DNA of 64,000 bases from an uncultured Acidobacteriota bacterium. GTDB lineage: Bacteria; Acidobacteriota; Thermoanaerobaculia; Multivoradales; UBA5704. The stretch is taken from contig OY969474.1 in the NCBI GenBank assembly GCA_963700145.1, forward strand, positions 2,432,001 to 2,496,000. The letters run 5' to 3'. Shown piece by piece: positions 27,667 to 37,205 of this stretch. How positions within the stretch are numbered: position 1 is the first letter of the stretch; every line of letters starts with the position of its first letter. Both the position numbers and the translations under genes were made by a program. The notes below the pieces were generated by a model. It did no database searches, was not told the DNA's origin, and worked only from the letters and a program-made list of their open reading frames with translations.

Positions 27667-29844
27667 CTAAAGAGGCCGTATGGCGCAGCTCTTCGCGGCC
27701 ACCCGCTGCCCGGGCCCGAGGGAGAGGCGCGGGTAGACGCCGGGATTGGGCTCGCGCTCGGCTTCGCGCTCGATCGCTTCGACGAAGGCGTCGCGGGAGA
27801 GAGTGGCGCCGAGGTGCGCCAGGGCGTGGTCGGCGAGAGACAGCGTCCAGTGGGCGGTGAGCCGGCGCGCCTCGGGCGCGGTGCCGCCGCCGGCGGCACC
27901 GCGGGAGCGCAGCCAGGCGCCGGCGCGGTAGGCGTGCGGGTGCGCCTCGCCCGGTGGGGAGAAGGGACAGACGACGGAGGCGCGCTCCTCCCAGCCGGCG
28001 GCGAGCGCGGGCGGCGACTCGCCGAGGAGGGTGCGAGAGAAGAAGAGCTGGGTGGGGATCGAGGCAGCCGGCGGCGGGAGGGCGGCGAGCGCGGCCAGGT
28101 CGGCGGCCGGGAGCCAGAGCACGAGCGTCGCCGGTGTGCGGGAGCCCCTCGCGAGGAGGTCCGGCGGCGGCGGCGCACCCGGCGGCAGCACCCGCTCCGC
28201 GAGGTGGATGCGCGGCGCGCCGGCGAGCCCGCGGCGCAGGCCCTGCGCGGCGGCGCGCCCGCGGGCGTCGTCGCGGTACACCTGGAGGACGCTCGAGCGC
28301 CGGTCCGCCGGAGCGCCGTCGAGCAGGTGCCGCGCCAGCGCCTCGCCCTCCGCTTCCAGCCCACCTGAAAAATAGATGGTGTAGTCGCCGGGAGGCTCCA
28401 GCACCGGCAGGTCGGTGTCGGGGAAGAGGCAGGGGATCGCGCGCCGCTCGCAGACCTCGTGCACCGGCCGCCAGCTCCCGCCCGTCCCACCGAGCAGCGC
28501 GAAGACCGGCCGCTCGTCGAGCCGCGCCTCGAGCTGCCCCGCCCAGCTCTCCTCCGGCCCCGCCAGCTCCCAGACGTGCAGCACCCACTCGCGCCGCCGG
28601 CCGGTCAGGTCCTCGCCGTAGCCCGGCGTCGAGGCCGCCTTGCGGGCCAGCCCTGTGAGCATGGCGTTGCGCCAGCGCACGTAGGCCGCCGCCACCTCCA
28701 GCCAGGCCGCGCGCCGCGCCGGCTCGGCGTCCGGGGTGACGACGGTCGCGAAGTGGACCCGCGCCGGCTCGACTCCCGGCGGCTCCGTTGCGCCCAGTGT
28801 GCGCAGGTAGGCGGTGAGGTCGGCGAGGTCGCCCTCGCTCAGCCGGTAGCGCGGCATCAGCGGGTCGAGCGTGCGTCCCGTCGGATCGCGCCCCTCGCGC
28901 AGGGCCGCGGCGAGCGTGGCGTCGCCGTAGGGCGGGCGCGGCGAGCCGGTGCGCACCCGGCTCCACGGCTGCGGCGCGAGCTGCTCCTGGAAGAGGGCGC
29001 GGAAGAGGAGGCCGGTCGGCGGCGGCTCGGCGAAGAGCGCCGGCGCGGTGATCGCCGGCACCGCCACCGTCCCCTCGACGCCGCCGAAGCCGCTGCGGCG
29101 GTGGCAGGTGGCGCAGGCCGCGGCGCGGCCGGCGGCCGGCACGTCTCCCTGGAGGACGGCGGCGAGCGGCGCGCCCGAGGGCAGGACGCCGTCGCGGTAG
29201 ATGCGCTCCCCCGCCCGCGCGTCGTCGGCGGCCGGCGCCGATGCCGCCAGGGGCAGGCGCCCGGCCTCGGCCACCAGGTCGGCGGCGGCGAGGAAGCCGT
29301 CGATCCGCACCCAGGGCGCCCCCGGCGCGGCGCGCAGGAAGGCCGACGGCTCGTGCCGCATCTTGTCGCCGCGGTAGGCGTCGAAGGCCTCCTGCACGGC
29401 GAGGACGTCGCTCGGCTCGCCGGTCAGGAAGCGCCAGCGCGGCCCCGCGCCGAAGCGCGCCGCGTACTCGCGCAGGCGCGCCGGGGTGTCGTGCTCCGGG
29501 TCGATCGAGATCGAGAGGATCCGCACGTCGGGCAGCCGCTCCTGCGCTGCCGCGAGCGTCCCGGTCAGGACCGGGCAGACCGTGGCGCAGGAGGTGAAGA
29601 GGAAGTGCAGGACGACCGGCCCCGCGCGCTCCAGCTCGGCGCGCAGGCGGACCGGCGCCCCGTCCATGCCGACCAGCGCGACGTCGGGCGCGCGGTAGGC
29701 GTGGAGGGTGCGGCTGTAGCGCGGCGCCGCCGCCGCGCCGCCCGAGAGAGCGGCCGGCGCCAGCGTGCAGCCGAGGAGGACGAGAGCGGCGGCGGCGCCG
29801 CGGGTGCGGGGCGCCCTCTCAGTGAATCGAGAAGATCGCCACAT
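27667..29844 (-). CDS. SCO1/SenC + c-type cytochrome + periplasmic-binding-protein-like fusion
   Basis: FTSCATVCP (CxxxC), SIDPEHDTP, His in KMRHEP; CATCH haem motif, MPRY axial Met. Confidence 0.75.
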   Translation of the reverse strand: MWRSSRFTERAPRTRGAAAALVLLGCTLAPAALSGGAAAAPRYSRTLHAYRAPDVALVGMDGAPVRLRAELERAGPVVLHFLFTSCATVCPVLTGTLAAAQERLPDVRILSISIDPEHDTPARLREYAARFGAGPRWRFLTGEPSDVLAVQEAFDAYRGDKMRHEPSAFLRAAPGAPWVRIDGFLAAADLVAEAGRLPLAASAPAADDARAGERIYRDGVLPSGAPLAAVLQGDVPAAGRAAACATCHRRSGFGGVEGTVAVPAITAPALFAEPPPTGLLFRALFQEQLAPQPWSRVRTGSPRPPYGDATLAAALREGRDPTGRTLDPLMPRYRLSEGDLADLTAYLRTLGATEPPGVEPARVHFATVVTPDAEPARRAAWLEVAAAYVRWRNAMLTGLARKAASTPGYGEDLTGRRREWVLHVWELAGPEESWAGQLEARLDERPVFALLGGTGGSWRPVHEVCERRAIPCLFPDTDLPVLEPPGDYTIYFSGGLEAEGEALARHLLDGAPADRRSSVLQVYRDDARGRAAAQGLRRGLAGAPRIHLAERVLPPGAPPPPDLLARGSRTPATLVLWLPAADLAALAALPPPAASIPTQLFFSRTLLGESPPALAAGWEERASVVCPFSPPGEAHPHAYRAGAWLRSRGAAGGGTAPEARRLTAHWTLSLADHALAHLGATLSRDAFVEAIEREAEREPNPGVYPRLSLGPGQRVAAKSCAIRPL

Positions 29845-32047
29845 CGTGGTGGAACGGGTCGAACTGGTAGAAGCGCAGGCGGCGCCCGGGGTCGTAGTTG
29901 TAGGTGATGTGGATCTTCTGGACGCTCGCCTTGTAGGGGTCGCGGGTCGCGGGCGGGAGCATGACCGGCGACGCCGTGTTGATCCACCAGTAGAAGCGGC
30001 CGAAGGTGAACCAGCAGCCCGAGCCGCCCACCTTGACCGAGGACTTGTACTGGTTCTCCCAGCCGCGCCCGCCGCCGAAGTCGACGTTCAGGTAGCCGCG
30101 CTCGTAGTAGTCGCCGTTGATCACCGTCACCTTGAGCTGCGCGCCGCGGGTCTGCCACTCCGGCCAGCGGGTCAGGCCGCCCTTAGTGAACTCGCCGTAG
30201 ATCGTGTTGTTGACGTAGAAGAGGGTGAGGTCGGCGTCGCGGTCCATCTCGACGCCCTTGGGGAGCTGGGTGCGCTCGCGCCAGTCCTCGAAGGCGCTCC
30301 AGCCCTCGTCGGCGTGCCGCCGCACGTGATGCCAGTGGCCCTCGGCGGCGGCGGCGCGCGCCGCGCGCAGCGCCGTCCACATCTTCTTGGCCGGGGCGAG
30401 GTCGCCGATCTGGGCGATCGCCGTTTCCCGCGCATGCTCGCTCGAGGTCGGCGCCGGGCCGAAGACGTCGATCTCCCACTTCGCCAGCGACTTGCCCGCC
30501 ATGACCAGGTTGGCGTCGTCCATCACCTGCACGCGCGGCGGGTGCATGCGCCAGCCCCAGGTGTAGATCAGCCGGTAGTACTCGGGAGGCGCCATCTTGA
30601 TCTTGAGCACCGTGCGGGTGCCCTCCTGCAGCGGAAAGAAGCTCTGGTCCATCCCCATGCCGGGGCGCTTGTTCGGCGGCGGCGGCGCGGGCGGGCCGCA
30701 CGGCGCCGGCGGCGGGGGCGGGGGCGGCGTGCCGTCAGGGACCAGGTTCCAGTACATGACCAGGGGCGAGAAGTCGTCCTCGCCGCGGGCCAGGACGTCG
30801 ATCGTGTAGGTGACTGTCCACGGCTTTCCCGGGGCGAGCGCGCTGAGGTCGAGCAGGCCGGTGTCGGACTCGAAGTGGTTGTCGTACCAGACCTGGTGGA
30901 CGTCGACGTTGCCGTCGACCACCTTCTTGATCTTCTCCGGCCCGTTGTAGTGCAGCAGCGGCAGGCCGCTGTAGGCGCGGTTGCGGACCGGCCTCCCCTC
31001 CAGGATGTCGATGCCGTTCTGGATGGCCTCACGGATCAACCGGTCGTCGATCGGGTCGCGCGAGCCGAAGTCGCGCAGCCGGCGCCAGAGGGCGTCGAGG
31101 TCCTGGGTCGGCGAGATGGGGTTGATCGCGGTGACCACCGGCTCACCGTCGTGGAGGTTGTAGAAGACGGTCGGGGTCGAGGGCAGGGTGTTGGGCACCT
31201 CCTGCCCGCGGCTGTCGAAGAGGTTGGTGTAGACCGTGGGCAGGAAGTTCGTGCCCGGCGGATCGACGAACGGATAGCTCGGCGGGAAGTGGCTCTCGCC
31301 GGTGACGATGGTGGTGACGTTGCCTTCCGTCGTCTGGCAGGAAGGCGCCAGCGGCGGCTGCGGGTGCGGGTGCTGGGCGAAGCCGGCGGCGGCGCCGAGG
31401 CCCAGCAGCAGCCCGGCCCGGGCGGCGAGCGGCAGCGGGCCGCGGCGGCGCGGCGCGCCGGCAGCCGGCGCGCGCGGCGTGAGCCAGGCGATGCGCTCGG
31501 CGATCCACGCCGGGTCGGTGCGGGCCGGCACCGACCCCCACAGGCCCACCGCCGCGTTGCCGTAGCGCAGCAGGCCGCGCGAGCAGTCCTGGACCGGCGC
31601 CGCGGCGTGCTCGGCGTGCGCGCCGGCCCCCGCGGCGACACCGGCGTCGTGCAGGAAGAGCCGCGAGCGCAGCAGCTCCATCGCCGCCGGCTCGCCGGTC
31701 AGGAAGAGCCACCCGGGCCCGGCGCCGTGGGCGGCGGCGAAGTCGCGCAGCGCCCGCGGCGTGTCCCGCTCGGGGTCGGTCGTGAGCGAGTAGAAGAAGA
31801 CGTCCCGCCCCATCCGCTCGCCGACGAGCGCCTGCACCTTGGCCAGGTTGGCGGCCACCGGGTAGGCGGCCTCGCCGGCCAGCGAGAAGACGTGCAGCAC
31901 GACCGTCTTGCCGCGCACCAGGTCGGTCCAGAAGCGCCCGCGGCGGCCGTCGTGAGCCTCGACCACGACGTCGGGGAAGTAGCCCGCCGGCAGCCCGCAT
32001 TGCGGCTCCTCGGCGGCGAGCCCCAGCACCTGCCTCCGGTTCATCAT
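29819..32047 (-). CDS. Cys-less SCO-like domain fused to a large uncharacterised secreted domain
   Basis: FWTDLVRGKTVV..SLTTDPERDTP..GWLFLTG without CxxxC; ATGA coupling to the oxidase gene. Confidence 0.7.
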   Translation of the reverse strand: MMNRRQVLGLAAEEPQCGLPAGYFPDVVVEAHDGRRGRFWTDLVRGKTVVLHVFSLAGEAAYPVAANLAKVQALVGERMGRDVFFYSLTTDPERDTPRALRDFAAAHGAGPGWLFLTGEPAAMELLRSRLFLHDAGVAAGAGAHAEHAAAPVQDCSRGLLRYGNAAVGLWGSVPARTDPAWIAERIAWLTPRAPAAGAPRRRGPLPLAARAGLLLGLGAAAGFAQHPHPQPPLAPSCQTTEGNVTTIVTGESHFPPSYPFVDPPGTNFLPTVYTNLFDSRGQEVPNTLPSTPTVFYNLHDGEPVVTAINPISPTQDLDALWRRLRDFGSRDPIDDRLIREAIQNGIDILEGRPVRNRAYSGLPLLHYNGPEKIKKVVDGNVDVHQVWYDNHFESDTGLLDLSALAPGKPWTVTYTIDVLARGEDDFSPLVMYWNLVPDGTPPPPPPPAPCGPPAPPPPNKRPGMGMDQSFFPLQEGTRTVLKIKMAPPEYYRLIYTWGWRMHPPRVQVMDDANLVMAGKSLAKWEIDVFGPAPTSSEHARETAIAQIGDLAPAKKMWTALRAARAAAAEGHWHHVRRHADEGWSAFEDWRERTQLPKGVEMDRDADLTLFYVNNTIYGEFTKGGLTRWPEWQTRGAQLKVTVINGDYYERGYLNVDFGGGRGWENQYKSSVKVGGSGCWFTFGRFYWWINTASPVMLPPATRDPYKASVQKIHITYNYDPGRRLRFYQFDPFHHDVAIFSIH

Positions 32048-33942
32048 GGCTCGCGCTCCTCCTCCTGGTCCTCCTGGAAGCTCGAGGCGGCGGGCCGCGA
32101 CTCGAGGTGCGGCGGCGCCGCTTCGGTGCCGTAGACCGCCGAGGCCGGCCGCGAGCCCACGAAGCCCTGGCCGGGCTCGACGATGTCCCAGCGCACCATC
32201 ATCGAGTGGTCCTCGTGCACCACGTTGTGGCAGTGCATGACGTACTTGCCGAGGAAGTCGGTCCAGCGCATCACCACCTTGATCTCGTCGCCGGGCAGCA
32301 GCGTCGCCACGTCGCGCCGCTTGCCGCCCATGAAGCGCTTGATCGGCTTGGGCTTGGGCCCGCCGTCGAAGTAAGGGACGTGGACCTCCTCCCCCTCGTG
32401 CCAGTCCTGCACCCAGCTGCGGTCGAAGGGCACGCCGTTGACCTCGAGGATCAGGAACTCGGTGAAGTGGCTGTGGATGGGGTGCGACCAGGAGTTGCCG
32501 CCGTTGCGGAAGATCCACACCTCCGCCGTCCCCTGCTCGATGCCGGCGTCGATGCGGTTGGGGTCGAAGACCTTGCCGTTGACCGTCCACAGGCCGCCGT
32601 CGTAGTCGAACTCCCACACCCGCTCGCGGCGGATCTCGCCCGGGTCGATGCGCGGCCACTCGCGGAGCTTGTCGGGGATGCGGCTGGGGTCGGGGCCGGT
32701 GGCCTCGACGACCCGGAACTGGATGAGCGGATCGCCGGGGTCGAGCATGCGCCCCGAGGGGCCCTTGCCGTTGGTCTGTTCGAGGCGGTTGACGATCTCC
32801 ACCCTGTCCCCGACCCGGTACTTCGAGAAGTCGAGGATGACGTCGACGCGCTGGGCGACCGAGAGGAAGATGCTCTCGGCTTCCAGCGGCCGCGGCAGGA
32901 TGTTGCCGTCGCCGCTGATGACGGTGAAGGGACGGCCGTTCGAGAGGAAGATCTGGTAGAAGCGCGACGGCCCGCCGTTCAGGATGCGGAAGCGGTACTT
33001 GCGCCGCTCGACCTCGAAGTGAGGCTGGATGCGGCGGTTGACGGTGTAGCGGTCGCCCAGGATGCCGTCGGTGTTGAACGGGTTCCAGCGCACCTGGCCG
33101 TTCGCGTCGAACATCACGTCGTGGAGGATCAACGGCACGTCGTACTTGCCGCTCGGCAGGCCCCAGGCGGGTGGCGGGTCGTTCTCGTTGCCGGTGTCCT
33201 GCTCGTCGAAGAGGCAGTAGAAGCCGTCGAGCCCGGCGTAGACGTTGGCGGCGGTGAAGTCCAGGCGGTGGTCGTGGTACCAGAGGGTGGTGAGCTTCTC
33301 GCGCGGGTCGAAGTTGGACGGGAAGTTGGGGTAGTGGTGGTCCCAGAACTCGCCGGTGTCGATCCAGTCCTGCGGCGAGCCGTCGCTCTCAGAAGCGGTG
33401 TGGCCGTTGTGCAGGTGGCTGGTCGTCGAGGGCAGCGCGAAGGTGGCCTTGCTCACGCCGACCGGCGGCAGGTCGTTGTAGCGCCGCACCAGGATCGGCT
33501 CGCCGTAGCGTGCGTGGTAGGTGGGGCCGGGGGTCGAGCCGTTGAAGCCCCACGACCCGCTGCCGGTTTTCCACGGCGGGCCGTCGGTGGCCCACGTCGG
33601 GCTGCCGTCGCCGTAGGGCGGGTCCGGGTGGTAGGACCAGACGAACTCCTGCTCGTGGATCTCGTAGAGCTTCTGCGGCGGGAACTCCGCGTAGCGCTGG
33701 TGGGCGCGCGGATCGGGCGGCGGGTCGAGCTTCGCGACCGGCTGCATGATCGGCGGCACGAAGAGCGGTGCCTTGAAGGGCGTCGCCGGCGGGCTCGGGG
33801 TGGCGAGGTCGGGCGGCTCGCCGTCGGGCGGGCAGAGGAACTTGAGCAGATCGCTCGGGTCGGCGGCCGCGGCGCGCCGGGCGAGGAGCCCGGAACCGCC
33901 GGCCACCAACCCGAGCTTGAGGACCTCCCTCCGTCGGATCAT
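32044..33942 (-). CDS. Tat-exported multicopper oxidase (bilirubin oxidase/CotA/McoA-like)
   Basis: Twin-Arg RRREVLK; Cu motifs HLHNGH, WYHDH, HPIHSH, HCHNVVHEDHSMM. Confidence 0.92.
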   Translation of the reverse strand: MIRRREVLKLGLVAGGSGLLARRAAAADPSDLLKFLCPPDGEPPDLATPSPPATPFKAPLFVPPIMQPVAKLDPPPDPRAHQRYAEFPPQKLYEIHEQEFVWSYHPDPPYGDGSPTWATDGPPWKTGSGSWGFNGSTPGPTYHARYGEPILVRRYNDLPPVGVSKATFALPSTTSHLHNGHTASESDGSPQDWIDTGEFWDHHYPNFPSNFDPREKLTTLWYHDHRLDFTAANVYAGLDGFYCLFDEQDTGNENDPPPAWGLPSGKYDVPLILHDVMFDANGQVRWNPFNTDGILGDRYTVNRRIQPHFEVERRKYRFRILNGGPSRFYQIFLSNGRPFTVISGDGNILPRPLEAESIFLSVAQRVDVILDFSKYRVGDRVEIVNRLEQTNGKGPSGRMLDPGDPLIQFRVVEATGPDPSRIPDKLREWPRIDPGEIRRERVWEFDYDGGLWTVNGKVFDPNRIDAGIEQGTAEVWIFRNGGNSWSHPIHSHFTEFLILEVNGVPFDRSWVQDWHEGEEVHVPYFDGGPKPKPIKRFMGGKRRDVATLLPGDEIKVVMRWTDFLGKYVMHCHNVVHEDHSMMVRWDIVEPGQGFVGSRPASAVYGTEAAPPHLESRPAASSFQEDQEEEREP

Positions 33943-33984
33943 CGTCACCTCCGAAGAGCGGCTGCTGGGTCGATCTACCCTACT

Positions 33985-35583
33985 TCACTGACAGGCGAAC
34001 GCCTCAATGTCCTGCACCGGCTGGTACGCCTTCCCCTCCCGGTTGAAGTAGCGCCGCGTGTGACCGGTCTGGGTGTCGGTGACGGTGACCAGCACCTCGA
34101 CGTCGGTCAAGCCGCTGGCGAAGAACCAGAAGTTGTCGTTGATGACGCAGCCGTTGAGGACCTTCACCACCAGCTCGGTGTTGTCCTCGTTGAAGAACCA
34201 GAAGCGGCCGGAGTCGGCGGTGTCCGCGACGGCGAAGCCGTGGCCGCCGACGCCGCCGGTCTCCCACAGCGCCTCGACCTTGAAGCGTCCCCCCTGCAGG
34301 CAGAGGTTGGCGATGCCGGGCACGCAGGGCCCGATCGCGCCGAGCGGCCCGAGCTGGCCGAAGAAGACCAGGTCGCCCAGGTCCCGCCCGGTCTGCAGCC
34401 CGACCTGGTTGTCGTACTGCCAGTGGATGCCGCCGTAGATGCGGCTCTGCCCGGCCTCCGCGGCCGCCTGCGAGAAGCTGGTGAACGAGCGCGTGACGCC
34501 AGGCAGGCCGTCGGAGACAGTGCTGAAGGAGAAGTTGTCGGTGCCGAAGAACTGTCCGAGGACGCGCGCGGCGGCGCTGCTGAACGTGCTGTGCCCGGAG
34601 GTGTAGGCCGGGAAGGGGGGCGTGACGATGAGCGGCGTCCAGGCGGGGTCGGCAACGGTGTTCGGATTGCCGTCCTTGTCGGCGTTAGGGATGCCGGTGA
34701 AGGGCCGCCAGTGGTTGTAGGCGTACTTGTGGTCCCAGGAGACGATCGCCGCGTCGGCCTCGGCGATCGAAACCAGTGCCAGCAGGCGCGACTTGTCGAG
34801 CAGCGACAGCCCCTCCTCCTCGGCGATGCCCTGCGCGATCACCAGCCAGTGCCCGGGCGGGGTGGCCGTGCCCCCGCCGTCGGCCCAGAAGAGAGCGATC
34901 TGGGTCTGCTCGGCGGTGCGCTCGCTGCTGTCCACCCGGCCCAGCCGCTTCACCTCGTTGAAGGCGATCGTGTACTGGACGCTGGTGAGCGAGGGGGGCG
35001 GCCCCTCCCGGAGCTGCGAGCCGGTCTGCAGCGCCCAGGGCGTGACCAGCGGCCACTGCGGCAGCAGCGCGGCGGCGAAGGCGGGCCCGGTCGGGATCCA
35101 CCAGTTGGCGCCGTCGATGGTGTTGTAGGCGACGACCCGATCGTGGCCGTCGTCGGCGCGCAGGGCGAGGATCTGGTCGGCCACCTCCTGCCCCCAGTCG
35201 ACGCCGATGGCCGCCGCGTTGCCGTCGAGGATGGTCGCCAGCGAGGCCGCGAGAGCGGCGTCGAAGGCCGCCTGCTGCGCCGGGAAGAGCGCCGAGAGCG
35301 CGCGGTGCGCCGCGGCGGCCGCCGCTGCCTCCGGCGAGGCGCCGGCCGGGGCGTCGTCGGTGACGTGATACGGCGTGTAGCCGCCGAGGATGCCGACCAC
35401 GGCGTCGAAGATCGAGACGTGGACGATCGCCATGGCGCGGCTGGCGCGCGGCGGCGAGGTCCGGTCGGTGCGGACGGCGTCGAGCAGCTCCTCGTTCCAG
35501 TCCGAGACCACGTCGGCGCGCGCGGCGCCGGCGGCGCCGAGCAGCCCGGCACACAGCATGAGGACGAACAGCTTCCGGGACAT
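33985..35583 (-). CDS. Secreted vanadium-dependent haloperoxidase (PAP2 superfamily) with a conserved C-terminal domain
   Basis: KYAYNHWRP, PPFPAYTSGHS, SRIYGGIHW; signal peptide. Confidence 0.85.
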   Translation of the reverse strand: MSRKLFVLMLCAGLLGAAGAARADVVSDWNEELLDAVRTDRTSPPRASRAMAIVHVSIFDAVVGILGGYTPYHVTDDAPAGASPEAAAAAAAHRALSALFPAQQAAFDAALAASLATILDGNAAAIGVDWGQEVADQILALRADDGHDRVVAYNTIDGANWWIPTGPAFAAALLPQWPLVTPWALQTGSQLREGPPPSLTSVQYTIAFNEVKRLGRVDSSERTAEQTQIALFWADGGGTATPPGHWLVIAQGIAEEEGLSLLDKSRLLALVSIAEADAAIVSWDHKYAYNHWRPFTGIPNADKDGNPNTVADPAWTPLIVTPPFPAYTSGHSTFSSAAARVLGQFFGTDNFSFSTVSDGLPGVTRSFTSFSQAAAEAGQSRIYGGIHWQYDNQVGLQTGRDLGDLVFFGQLGPLGAIGPCVPGIANLCLQGGRFKVEALWETGGVGGHGFAVADTADSGRFWFFNEDNTELVVKVLNGCVINDNFWFFASGLTDVEVLVTVTDTQTGHTRRYFNREGKAYQPVQDIEAFACQ

Positions 35584-35729
35584 AAGGCCTCCTTCAAGCC
35601 ACAGATCCGACGAGCGCCGCCCTCCAAGGGCGGCCGCGATACGCGATGACTGGGAGGGAATTTACAGGAACCGGCGCCGGAGTCGAGCCCGTCGCAGAGA
35701 GTATGAGCTGCGCATAACTCCTACGAGCG

Positions 35730-37184
35730 TCAGTAGCGCGGGACCGCCGGGTCGACCCGGGTGCTCCAGGCGTCGATGCCGCCGGCGAGGTTCCTGGCGC
35801 GGTCGTAGCCCATGCGGCGGAGGAAAGAGACCGCCTGCGCCGAGCGCATGCCGTGGTGGCAGTGGGCGACGATCGTGGCCGCCGGGTCGAGCTCGCCCAG
35901 CCGGTCGCGCAGCTCCTGGAGCGGGATGAGCCGCGCCCCTTCGATGCGCGCGATGTCGTGCTCCTGCGGCGACCGCACGTCGAGCACCACCACGTCGCGG
36001 CCCTCGTCGAGCCAGCGCTTCAGGTCCTCCGGCTGCACGTCGAAGTCGTCCGCCATCGCCTCCTCCGGCTGCGGCGCCACGCCGCAGAACTGCTCGTAGT
36101 CGATCAGGCCGCGCTGCGTCGGGTGCTCGGAGCAGACCGGGCAGGCGGGGTCCTTGCGCAGCTTGAGCTCGCGGAAGCGCATCTTGAGGGCGTCGAAGAG
36201 GACGAGGCGCCCGATCAGCGGCTCCCCCACCCCGACGACCAGCTTCACCACCTCGTTGGCCTGCAGCGCGCCGATGATCCCGGGCAGCACGCCGAGCACC
36301 CCGCCCTCGGCGCAGGAGGGCACCAGCCCGGGCGGCGGCGGCTCGGGGAAGAGGCAGCGGTAGCAGGGGCCGCGCGCCCCCCAGAAGATCGAGACCTGCC
36401 CCTCGAAGCGGAAGATCGAGCCGTAGACGTTGGGCTTCCCGGCCAGGACGCAAGCGTCGTTGACGAGATACCGGGTGGGGAAGTTGTCGGTGCCGTCCAC
36501 CACGATGTCGTAGCCGGCGAAGAGCTCGAGGGCGTTCTGCGAGGTGAGGCGCGTCTCGTGCGGCACGAGAGTCACGTGCGGGTTGACGTCGTGCAGGCGC
36601 TCGAGCGCCGCCTGGATCTTCGGGCGGCCGACGTCCGAGCGGCCGTAGAGCACCTGGCGGTGGAGGTTCGACTCGTCGACGACGTCGAAGTCGACCAGCC
36701 CGAGCTTGCCGACCCCGGCCGCCGCCAGGTAGAGGCCGAGGGGCGACCCCAGCCCGCCGGCGCCGATGAGCAAGACGCGCGAGGCCTTGAGCTTCCGCTG
36801 CCCCGCCATCCCCACCTCCGGCATGATGAGGTGGCGGCTGTAGTGGCGGATCTCGGAGGGCTCCAGCTCGGGCAGATCGGCGGCGGCCGCCGCCGGCGGC
36901 TCGGCCGCCACGCCGCCGGCGATGGACGGCACGATCGAGAGCGCGTCCCCGGCCGCCACCGGCGAGCGCTCGCGGTCGGCGAGGTAGCGCACGTCCTCGT
37001 CGTTGACGAAGACGTTGACGAAGCTGCGCAGGCGCCCGTCGTCGGTGTAGAGGTGGCGCTCGAGCCCTGGGTGGCGGCGGACGAGGTCGCGCAGCGCCTC
37101 CTCGACCGTCGCCCCCTCGACCGCGATCTCCCCCTGCTCGCCGGTGAAGCGGCGGAGCGGGGTCGGGACGTGGATGGTCGGCAT
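35730..37184 (-). CDS. ThiS/MoaD(CysO)-like sulfur carrier fused to MoeB/MoeZ adenylyltransferase and rhodanese
   Basis: Ubl ending SIAGG; RHYSRH, GAGGLGSP, CYRC, SCAEGG, CPVC; rhodanese HCHHGMRS. Confidence 0.9.
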   Translation of the reverse strand: MPTIHVPTPLRRFTGEQGEIAVEGATVEEALRDLVRRHPGLERHLYTDDGRLRSFVNVFVNDEDVRYLADRERSPVAAGDALSIVPSIAGGVAAEPPAAAAADLPELEPSEIRHYSRHLIMPEVGMAGQRKLKASRVLLIGAGGLGSPLGLYLAAAGVGKLGLVDFDVVDESNLHRQVLYGRSDVGRPKIQAALERLHDVNPHVTLVPHETRLTSQNALELFAGYDIVVDGTDNFPTRYLVNDACVLAGKPNVYGSIFRFEGQVSIFWGARGPCYRCLFPEPPPPGLVPSCAEGGVLGVLPGIIGALQANEVVKLVVGVGEPLIGRLVLFDALKMRFRELKLRKDPACPVCSEHPTQRGLIDYEQFCGVAPQPEEAMADDFDVQPEDLKRWLDEGRDVVVLDVRSPQEHDIARIEGARLIPLQELRDRLGELDPAATIVAHCHHGMRSAQAVSFLRRMGYDRARNLAGGIDAWSTRVDPAVPRY

Positions 37185-37205
37185 GGGTGTCTCCTACTCC
37201 TATTC

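Noticed and set aside
32107-35649. 1180-aa plus-strand ORF and similar long antisense or alternate-frame ORFs (e.g. 272..1921, 3222..5699, 15242..17854, 59372..61873)
   Set aside because: Shadow ORFs of real genes, expected at high GC3; no recognisable motifs
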